Below, piece after piece: positions 37,925 to 45,243 of a stretch of 64,000 bases of DNA; the first letter of the stretch is position 1, and the number at the start of each line of letters is the position of its first letter. A program made the position numbers and the translations under genes. The stretch is from positions 3,344 to 67,343 of the forward strand of contig SXLG01000092.1 of assembly GCA_005777805.1 (NCBI GenBank), given 5' to 3'. The notes below the pieces were generated by a model. The model was not told where the DNA came from. It worked only from the letters and a program-made list of their open reading frames with translations, and did no database searches. This DNA is from Pseudomonadota bacterium. GTDB taxonomy: Bacteria > Desulfobacterota > Binatia > UBA12015.

Positions 37925-38114
37925 GCGGCGCAGCCGCTGCGACACACGGGGCGCTCGCTCCAGTTCGACTCGGCGCGACCGGGGTCGAGATCGCGGGGCG
38001 GGTGGAGCTGACGCGAACTCGGGCGCTCGGGGCTGGCGGCAACGCAATCGGTCTCGTAGAGCCGGCAGAACTGCGGCGCGAGTGGAGGAGCGCATTCCTG
38101 CCAGCGCCCGAGCG

Positions 38115-40187
38115 ATGCCCATGCACCTCTCCTCGCCGAGCCTGGGACGCCGCCGTGCGGTACTGCTGCCGGGCCTGCTCGCGATGCTCGGCGCCTGCGC
38201 GCAAACCGAGCCCGCGCCCGTGCTCGTGCCGGTGGCACGTCTCACCGCCGAAATCGCCAACCGGCCGAAGGTCCGCTCCTGTGAGATCGACGACGAGATC
38301 CGCCCGGCGCTGGGCTGCCCGGGCGTATTTCCATTGCTGGACACGCGCATCCCCTTTCCGCCCTCGCACCGCGCCCGGGTCACGGTCGAGCTGCCGGAGA
38401 ATCTGCGCGACCGGCCACTCGCACTCCGCCCGGTGGTCGCCACCACCGACGCGGCCGGGTTGATTCCGCTGCCGGCGGTCCTCACGCGCGGCACGCACGC
38501 CCGCGTCGCGCTCGAGATCGCGGTGCCGCCGCTGCGCCACGAGGGCACGCTGCGCATCCTGGTGCAGGCCATAGCCCTCGTGCCGCGGCCGCACCGCTGG
38601 CGCACCCGGCCGATCCCCGTGCCGCCGCAGGCGATCCTCAGCGTCGGCCTCGGTGTTGCGCCGGTCGCCTTCGAGGCCGGTGCGCCACCGGTCGAACTCA
38701 TCATCAGCGCGCGCACCGAGGACGGCTCAGCGCGCACCTTGCTCCGCGAGCGGATCGATCCCGTGGACGGCCCGCGCGGCTGGATCGAGCGACACATCGA
38801 TCTTGCAGCGCTGGCCGGTCAAGCGGTGTCGTTCACCTTCCTCGCGCGCTGGCTCGGCCCCGGCGCCGATGGCGGGCCGGGATTCGGCGCACCACTGTTC
38901 GGCGCGCCGATCATGCTCGCGCAGGAGCCGCGTGAGGACGGCGCGAACGTCGTCCTCATTTCGCTCGACACGCTGCGCTCGGACTTCGTCGGCGCGACGC
39001 TCGATGGCATTGCACTCACCCCCTTCCTCGATCGCCTCGCGGCGCAGGGCACGCGCTTCGAGCAGGCCGTGGCGCCCTATCCCTCCACCACGGCTTCCCA
39101 CATGAGCCTGCTCACCGGCGTCTATCCCGCGAAACACCAAACCATCTTTGCCGGCACGAAGGCCCCCGAGGGTCTACCGACGCTCGCCGGCACGCTGGCC
39201 CAGGCCGGCTGGACGACGGGAGCCGTCACCGAGAACGGCATGATCACCGCCGTCTCGGGCTTCGCCCGCGGTTTCGATACTTACCGGGAGAACAAATCGG
39301 TCAGCATCTGGGACGCACGCGGTGATATCGAAACGACCTTCGACGAGGCCCGGCGTTGGCTGCGCCGCCACCGCGAGCAGCGCTTCTTCCTCTTCGTCCA
39401 CACCTACGAGGTGCACGATCCCTACACCCCGCCACCCCGGCACGATCGCTTCAGCGCGACCGGCGCGACCGGCGGCAGCCGCAGCGGCACCGAGAAATCG
39501 CGACGCAAGTACGCCGGCGAGGTGCTCTACGCCGATCAAATGGTCGAGGACCTCGTCGGCGAACTCACTCGGCTCGGGCTCGAGGGCGACACGATCGTCG
39601 TCGTCACCTCCGATCACGGCGAGGAGTTCGGCGAGCACAAGGGCTGGTACCACTCCTTCACCGTCTATGACGAGGTTCTACGGATTCCGGTCTTGCTGCG
39701 TGGCGGCCGGGTCCCGGCGGGGCTGCGGGTTGCCGAGCAGATCTCGCTCATCGACCTGGCCCCCACCCTGCTCGATCTGGTCGGCGTGCGGCCGCCGCCC
39801 GACATGCATGGCCAGAGCTTGCGCCCGCTGCTCGCCGGCGGGCGCAAGCTGCCCGGTATGCGCGTGCGCTACATGGAGGGGCCGCTCGACAACGGCCGCG
39901 GACCACAGGGCGGGCGGCTGATCGGAGCACGCGACGCGAATCATAAATTCATTGGACGTGAGTTCGGCACCGACCCAAGCGAGATCTACGATCTGGTCCG
40001 CGACCCCGGCGAGCAGAAGAATCTCGTCGCCAACATCTGGCTGCGCGCCCGCGGTCGCCAACTCCTCGACCACTACCGCGACCTGCTGCGCCAGGGAGAC
40101 GAGACCAACGTCGACGACACCGAGGCCGACCGCCCGCTCGAGCCAGCGGTCGAGCGCAAACTGCGCGCCCTCGGCTACCTCGACTGA
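38115..40187 (+). CDS. Lipoprotein with a C-terminal sulfatase-like (alkaline-phosphatase superfamily) domain lacking the CxPxR formylglycine motif
   Basis: ATG at 38115. Lipobox: LLAMLGAC. Sulfatase core: NVVLISLDTLRSD...APYPSTTASHMSLLTGVYP...FFLFVHTYEVHDPY...VVVTSDHGEEFGEHKG...SLIDLAPTLLDL. The usual C/S-x-P-x-R is replaced by S-T-T-A-S-H. Confidence 0.85.
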   Translation: MPMHLSSPSLGRRRAVLLPGLLAMLGACAQTEPAPVLVPVARLTAEIANRPKVRSCEIDDEIRPALGCPGVFPLLDTRIPFPPSHRARVTVELPENLRDRPLALRPVVATTDAAGLIPLPAVLTRGTHARVALEIAVPPLRHEGTLRILVQAIALVPRPHRWRTRPIPVPPQAILSVGLGVAPVAFEAGAPPVELIISARTEDGSARTLLRERIDPVDGPRGWIERHIDLAALAGQAVSFTFLARWLGPGADGGPGFGAPLFGAPIMLAQEPREDGANVVLISLDTLRSDFVGATLDGIALTPFLDRLAAQGTRFEQAVAPYPSTTASHMSLLTGVYPAKHQTIFAGTKAPEGLPTLAGTLAQAGWTTGAVTENGMITAVSGFARGFDTYRENKSVSIWDARGDIETTFDEARRWLRRHREQRFFLFVHTYEVHDPYTPPPRHDRFSATGATGGSRSGTEKSRRKYAGEVLYADQMVEDLVGELTRLGLEGDTIVVVTSDHGEEFGEHKGWYHSFTVYDEVLRIPVLLRGGRVPAGLRVAEQISLIDLAPTLLDLVGVRPPPDMHGQSLRPLLAGGRKLPGMRVRYMEGPLDNGRGPQGGRLIGARDANHKFIGREFGTDPSEIYDLVRDPGEQKNLVANIWLRARGRQLLDHYRDLLRQGDETNVDDTEADRPLEPAVERKLRALGYLD

Positions 40188-40276
40188 GCGTCCCTGAAGG
40201 AGCAGCGCTGCGGGGCGCGCACCGCGATCCAGCTTGATTGCATCAGAGCACTGGTGCTGATATGCCTCGGCATATC

Positions 40277-40525
40277 ATGAGGACCTCGATCGAGATCTCG
40301 GACGCGCTCCTCCGCCATGCGCGCCGGGTCATTGCGCGCCGACGGGTGACGCTGCGGCAGCTCGTCGAAGATGGTCTCCGCCAGGTGCTCGCTGAGCCCG
40401 ATCACGAGCCGTTTCGCCTTCGCGACGCAACGTTCGACGGTGAGTTCGGGTTCGCGCCGAACTCCGGTCCTGCCCAGATCGCGGAGGTTCTGCAGGAGAT
40501 GCGGGAACCCAAGCTCGGGCGATGA
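40277..40525 (+). CDS. vapB: VapB-type antitoxin
   Basis: Family-typical N-terminus: MRTSIEISDALLRHARRVIARRRVTLRQLVEDGLRQVL. Alternative starts at 40262 and 40238. ATGA overlap with vapC at 40522-40525. An imperfect palindrome, ATCAGAGCAC tg GTGCTGAT, lies just upstream. Confidence 0.75.
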   Translation: MRTSIEISDALLRHARRVIARRRVTLRQLVEDGLRQVLAEPDHEPFRLRDATFDGEFGFAPNSGPAQIAEVLQEMREPKLGR

Positions 40526-40956
40526 TCGCCGTCGACACCAACGTGCTGGTGTACGCGCACCGGCCGGAGGCGCCCTTCCACGAGGTGGCCCAGGCGCGCG
40601 TCCGCGAGCTGGCGGAGGGGCACGCGCGCTGGGGGATCCCGGTCCACTGTGCGGTCGAGTTCATGGGTGTGGTGACTCATCCACGACTCTGGAAGCAGCC
40701 CTCGTCAATGACACATGTAGAGGCGCAGCTGGCGGCGTGGGCCGAATCGCCTTCGCTGCGCTGGCTCGCGGAGGGCGAGGAGTTCTGGCGCACGCTCGCG
40801 GCGGTCGCCGCTGGGGCGCGCACGCAGGGGGGCGCGATCCACGACGCCCGCATCGCTGCGATCTGTCGCGACTACGGCGTGACAGTCCTGTGGACGGCGG
40901 ATCGGGACTTCGGGCGCTTTCCGTGGCTCACCACGCGCAACCCCCTGGTGGCTTGA
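40522..40956 (+). CDS. vapC: VapC PIN-domain ribonuclease toxin
   Basis: PIN text: MIAVDTNVLVYAH...IPVHCAVEFMGVVT...GAIHDARIAAICRDYGVTVLWTADRDFGRF (D...E...D...D acidic pattern). Confidence 0.9.
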   Translation: MIAVDTNVLVYAHRPEAPFHEVAQARVRELAEGHARWGIPVHCAVEFMGVVTHPRLWKQPSSMTHVEAQLAAWAESPSLRWLAEGEEFWRTLAAVAAGARTQGGAIHDARIAAICRDYGVTVLWTADRDFGRFPWLTTRNPLVA

Positions 40957-41076
40957 CCCCCTCACGGAACCGCGCCCCCGCGGGCCGCGTTCCGGGCAGC
41001 CCCCGATCTCCGGACGGCAACGGGCTCGCTGCAGGCCCAGACTGCGATGTAGGCAACTAGAGCCTAATGTGCAGGC

Positions 41077-41376
41077 ATGAAGAAGCAGGCAAAGAGATCG
41101 GCGCCTGCAAACAGCGCCAAGGCGAGGCGCGGGGCGACCGTGCAGTACACCGTCCGGGACGTTCCGTCGCACGTCGACCGCGCCCTCCGGCGCAAGGCCG
41201 TGGACGAGGGCAAGAGCCTGAGCCAGATCTTGCGGGACAGCCTGGCCAAGGAGGCGGGCGGCGACGCGGTGATGGTGCTCCATCGGGATCTCGACGCGCT
41301 CGCCGGAACATGGCACGACGACCCCGACTTCGACCCCGCCATCGCAGAGCAGGACCGCGTCGATGAGGCGATGTGG
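41077..41376 (+). CDS. Ribbon-helix-helix (FitA/plasmid-stability-like) antitoxin with no stop codon of its own (the frame stays open to 41997)
   Basis: RHH text: YTVRDVPSHVDRALRRKAVDEGKSLSQILRDSLAKEAG. Antitoxin-typical tail: LAGTWHDDPDFDPAIAEQDRVDEAMW. After MW the frame turns Arg-rich and runs into dnaE2. A duplication, ATGTGGCG ATGTGG, sits at 41371-41384. Confidence 0.55.
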
Positions 41377-41471
41377 CGATGTGGATTGCGATCGACACGA
41401 ACCGCAACGTCGACTTCGCGTGGGGCAACGAGGAGGCGCTCGACAGAATCCGCCGCGCGCGGCCGGTGGTG
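41373..41471 (+). pseudogene. 5' remnant of a PIN-domain toxin gene (about 33 codons)
   Basis: The translation (V)AMWIAIDTNRNVDFAWGNEEALDRIRRARPVV matches the first beta-strand/helix of PIN toxins (IAIDTN...). After about 41471 the translation loses all PIN character, and the dnaE2 ATG follows at 41579. Confidence 0.45.
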
Positions 41472-41578
41472 GCCAGCGCGACTGCGCGCGCAGGTGCCAC
41501 GCGGGCACCGGGGTGTGGGCGCGGGTGCTCGTCGCGGCGCCTTGCCGGTAGGCGAAATAAAAGCGAATCTCCGCCCTC

Positions 41579-44500
41579 ATGGGTGGACGCTACGTCGAAC
41601 TGCGCTCGCAGAGCGCCTTCTCGTTCCTGCGTGCCGCCGCCCTCCCCGAGGATCTCGTCGCGCGCGCGGCCGCGCTCGGGCTGCCGGCGTTCGCGCTCGC
41701 GGATCGGGGCGGACTCTCGGGGGCCGTGCGGGCCTGGAAGGCCGGCTGCGCGGCCGGGGTGCGGGTGCTCGTCGGGGCGGAAGTCGATCTACCCGGAACC
41801 GCAGGTGCGCTGCTCCTGCTCGCCACCAATTCGTGCAGCTACCGCCACCTCTGCCGCCTGCTCACGCTGGGGCACGCCCGCGCCGGCAAGCATCATTGTG
41901 TGGTCACCCTCGCGGAGATCGAGGACAACGCCACCGACCTGATCTGTCTGGCCGGGGGAGAGCGCGGTGTTCTCACGGCGGCACTGCGCGCCGGTGACGA
42001 AGAGGGCGCGCGCGCCCGATCCTCGCATCTGGCCGGTCTCTTTCCCGGCCGACTTCGGGTCGATCTTCAGCGCGGCCGGGATGCGCGTATCGAGCGCAGA
42101 TTCCGAAAACTGCGCGATCTGGCCGTGGCGGTGGGGCTGCCGATCGTTGCGACCGGCGACGTCCGGGTGGCGGGGCCGCGCGAGAGTTTCCTGCTCGACG
42201 TTCTCGACTCGATCCGGACCGGCGTTCCGGTGGCCTCCCTCGGCCGGCGGTCGCGCTTGAACCTTGAGAGCGACTTCGTGGACGAGCGCGAGATGGCGTG
42301 CCGCTTCCACGATCTTCCGGAGGCACTCGCCGAGAGCGTGGCGATCGCCGAGCGCTGCGAGTTCCAGATCGCGGGCATCGGCTATCGCTTTCCGGAGGTG
42401 ACGCTACGCGCAGGCGTGACGCCACTCGCCCGCCTGCGCGAACTCACCGGTGAGGGCGCGCGGCAACGCTGGGGCAGCCCGCTGCCCGCAGCCGTGCAGC
42501 GACAGATCGAGCACGAACTCGCCGTCATCGGGAGGCTCTCGCTGGCCGGCTACTTCCTGGTCGTCGAGGACATCGTGCGCTGGTGCCGCGGGCGCGGCAT
42601 CCTCGTACAGGGACGCGGCTCGGCCGCCAGCAGCGCGGTCTGCTACGCGCTCGGCATCACCGCGGTCGACCCGGTGCGAATGGGGCTCCTCTTCGAGCGC
42701 TTCCTTTCACTGGAGCGCAGCGAGTGGCCGGACATCGACCTCGATCTGCCCTCGGGGGAGCAGCGCGAAGCGGTCATTCAGTACGTCTATCGCCGTTTTG
42801 GTGGAGAGGCACCCGGCGCGGAGCTCTCCGCCGCCGGGGCGCGGGTTGCGATGACCGCGAACGTCATCACCTGGCGCACGCGCGGTGCCCTGCGCGAGGC
42901 GGCGCGGGCGCTCGGCTTTCCCCCGCTCGAGGTCGAGCGCCTGGCCCGCCGCCTCGCGGAGGAAGAAGGGCGAGCGGTGACCGGCGCGGCGGTGGATCTC
43001 CCGCGGCTGGTGGCGGCGGATCCGGCACGGGCGGAGCCGGCCTCACCGCGCCTGCGCCAGCTCGCGCGCTGCGTCGAGGGGCTGCGCGGTCTGCCGCGTC
43101 ATCTCGGCCAGCATCCGGGCGGATTGGTGGTCTCGGCCGGGCGCCTCGACGAGGTCGTGCCGATCGAGCCCGCGACCATGCCGGGACGCCTGGTGATCCA
43201 GTGGGACAAGGAGGACTGCGCCGATCTTCGCATGATCAAAATCGACCTGCTTGGACTAGGCATGATGGCGGCGCTCGAGGAAGCGATTCCGCTGGTCGAG
43301 TCGGCCGAGGGCATCCGCCTCGATCTGGCCCGCCTGCCGATGGACGACGCGCGGACATGGCAGATGATCCAGCAGGCCGACACCGTTGGCGTCTTCCAGA
43401 TCGAATCACGTGCGCAGATGGCGACGTTGCCCCGGATGCGGCCGGCGAATTTCTACGATCTCGTCATCCAGATCGCGCTCATCCGGCCGGGGCCGATCGT
43501 CGGCGACATGGTCCATCCCTACCTCGCGCGTCGCGCCGGGCGTGAGCCGGTGCGTTACGCGCACGAATGCCTCCGACCGATTCTGGAGCGTACGCTTGGA
43601 GTGCCTCTCTTCCAGGAGCAGATGCTGCGCATCGCCATGGTGGCGGCCGGCTTCAGCGGTGGCGAGGCCGAGGAACTCAGACGGGCGATGGGGTTCAAGC
43701 GTTCGGCCGAGCGGATGCAGGCGCTCGAGACGCGCCTGCGCACGGGCCTGGCGCGACGGGGAATCACGGGAGAGGCGGCGCGAGAGGTCGTGCGTGGCAT
43801 CGAGTCGTTCGCGATGTACGGCTTTCCCGAGTCGCACGCCGCGAGTTTCGCGCTGATCGCGTGGGCTTCGGCGTATCTCAAGGCGCACCACCCGGCGGCT
43901 TTCCTGTGCGCTCTGCTCAACGCCTGGCCGATGGGTTTCTATCACCCGGCGACCCTCGTCAAGGATGCCCAGCGCCATGGCGTCGAGGTACGGCCGATCG
44001 ACGTCTGCGCATCGCATTGGCGCTGCACGCTCGAGCCCGCTGCGGCGCGCCCGCCGGCGGTGCGGCTCGGGCTCTGCTTCGTGCGCGGCCTGCGGCGTGA
44101 GGCCGGCGTGGCACTGGTGGCGGCGCGGGCACGTCAGCCGTGGCGCGAGAGCGCCGATCTGGCCGAGCGCGTGCCGCTGACACCGACCGAGTTGGCCAGT
44201 CTGGCGGAGGCCGGTGCGCTCGCCGCGCTGGCTGGGCGCGGGCGGCGGCGGGCGTTGTGGCAGGTGCTGGCGTTCGACGGCTGGGGACGGGGAGTCGTGC
44301 CCGCGGCGTCGTGGCGCGAAACGGACCATGAGCGGCCGCTCACCGCTGCCCGCGGTTCCGCGCCGCCTGCATTCGCGCACGCGCCGTCCGTGGAGGCGTT
44401 CTACGAGGACGAGGTTTTCGAGTTCGGCGCGGTCGCAACCGAATCCGCCAGCGCGGCAGTGCCAGAATTCGATGTTGGCGCGCGCGGGCCGCGCGAGAGA

Positions 44501-45034
44501 GACACTGCCGGGAGAGATCCGGCCAGGATGGCGGCCGGCGAAAGGAGCGTCCCTGGAAGGAAGCCGTTCGAGATGGACGCTTTCGAGGAGACTCTTGCTG
44601 ATTACCGCTTGACTGGCTTGACCGTCGGGCCGCAGTTGGTGGCACACCTGCGGCCATGGCTGCACGCCCGCGGGGTGCTGCCGCTGGCGGCACTGGCGGG
44701 CAGCGCCGACGGGCGCTGGGTGAAAGTCGGCGGCGTGGTGATCGTGCGCCAGCGGCCGCCTGCTGCCGGTGGCTGCTGTTTCGTGACCCTCGAGGACGAG
44801 ACGGCGATCGCCAGCGGCATCATCCTGCCGCGCATCTACGAGCGCATCGGCCGGCGTCTGTGGGCGTCGTCGTTGGTCGTCGCCGAGGGCCGCATCGAGC
44901 GTCGCGACGGGGTGCTGCACGTGCGGATCGAGCGCCTCGAGGCCCCACGCCCCCCGGAGCAGGAAGCGGACCCGCGCCGTGGGCCGCCACGCGAGGGCGC
45001 GCCACCTCGTGGTCACCGGCGCGGCGCAAGCTGA
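41579..45034 (+). CDS. dnaE2: Error-prone DNA polymerase III alpha-like subunit DnaE2
   Basis: N-terminus: YVELRSQSAFSFLRAAALPEDLVARAAALGLPAFALADRGGLSG. Pol III alpha core: GRGSAASSAVCYALGITAVDP, LFERFLSLERSEWPDIDLDL, IKIDLLGLGMM, VGVFQIESRAQM, IALIRPGPI, VPLFQEQMLRIA, SHAASFALIAWASAYLKAHHPAAF. C-terminal OB fold: VIVRQRPPAAGGCCFVTLEDETAIASGIILP. Confidence 0.9.
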   Translation: MGGRYVELRSQSAFSFLRAAALPEDLVARAAALGLPAFALADRGGLSGAVRAWKAGCAAGVRVLVGAEVDLPGTAGALLLLATNSCSYRHLCRLLTLGHARAGKHHCVVTLAEIEDNATDLICLAGGERGVLTAALRAGDEEGARARSSHLAGLFPGRLRVDLQRGRDARIERRFRKLRDLAVAVGLPIVATGDVRVAGPRESFLLDVLDSIRTGVPVASLGRRSRLNLESDFVDEREMACRFHDLPEALAESVAIAERCEFQIAGIGYRFPEVTLRAGVTPLARLRELTGEGARQRWGSPLPAAVQRQIEHELAVIGRLSLAGYFLVVEDIVRWCRGRGILVQGRGSAASSAVCYALGITAVDPVRMGLLFERFLSLERSEWPDIDLDLPSGEQREAVIQYVYRRFGGEAPGAELSAAGARVAMTANVITWRTRGALREAARALGFPPLEVERLARRLAEEEGRAVTGAAVDLPRLVAADPARAEPASPRLRQLARCVEGLRGLPRHLGQHPGGLVVSAGRLDEVVPIEPATMPGRLVIQWDKEDCADLRMIKIDLLGLGMMAALEEAIPLVESAEGIRLDLARLPMDDARTWQMIQQADTVGVFQIESRAQMATLPRMRPANFYDLVIQIALIRPGPIVGDMVHPYLARRAGREPVRYAHECLRPILERTLGVPLFQEQMLRIAMVAAGFSGGEAEELRRAMGFKRSAERMQALETRLRTGLARRGITGEAAREVVRGIESFAMYGFPESHAASFALIAWASAYLKAHHPAAFLCALLNAWPMGFYHPATLVKDAQRHGVEVRPIDVCASHWRCTLEPAAARPPAVRLGLCFVRGLRREAGVALVAARARQPWRESADLAERVPLTPTELASLAEAGALAALAGRGRRRALWQVLAFDGWGRGVVPAASWRETDHERPLTAARGSAPPAFAHAPSVEAFYEDEVFEFGAVATESASAAVPEFDVGARGPRERDTAGRDPARMAAGERSVPGRKPFEMDAFEETLADYRLTGLTVGPQLVAHLRPWLHARGVLPLAALAGSADGRWVKVGGVVIVRQRPPAAGGCCFVTLEDETAIASGIILPRIYERIGRRLWASSLVVAEGRIERRDGVLHVRIERLEAPRPPEQEADPRRGPPREGAPPRGHRRGAS

Positions 45035-45243
45035 CTTCCCGTGCGCGCAGGTACCGGCCGCCCACGTACCCGCGCCAGACCCGTGCGTTACCGGATCGAA
45101 CGGCGCCGCCGGCCCCTTGCCTGGGCCGCCTCGGCGCCACGGCCACGAATGCGGCGGTGGCGGGGCATAGAAGGCACGCTCTTCCGGCAGAGATGTGGAA
45201 ACTCTGTTCGCCGCGAGGCCCAGACGTGATATTCGCGCGCGCA

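Noticed and set aside
35555-38797. A 1080-aa minus-strand ORF, with similar giant ORFs at 1785..3866(-), 5244..6854(-), 10265..12556(+), 14616..15989(-), 16518..17615(+), 22717..24540(-), 25428..26810(-), 43406..45568(-), 55537..57135(-), 57249..59084(-) and 61317..63515(+).
   Set aside because: All are antisense to genes with clear domain signatures. Their translations are Arg/Ala/Gly/Pro-rich, low-complexity and motif-free. Such shadow ORFs are expected at about 70% GC because stop codons are AT-rich.
40965-40994. A hairpin after vapC (CGGAACCGCGCCC...GGGCCGCGTTCCG) as a terminator.
   Set aside because: The stem needs two bulges and there is no U-tract. This is too weak to annotate.
41077-41997. 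A 306-aa ORF taken at face value as one protein.
   Set aside because: Only the first about 100 aa look like a protein (an RHH antitoxin). The rest is Arg-rich and overlaps the PIN stub and the well-supported dnaE2 frame.
44656-45243. The N-terminal extension of the STAND ATPase ORF, which overlaps the dnaE2 3' end.
   Set aside because: The extension is Arg/Pro/Gly-rich, overlaps the conserved OB-fold end of DnaE2 in another frame, and precedes the family-typical FVGR...GxxGxGKT start region.
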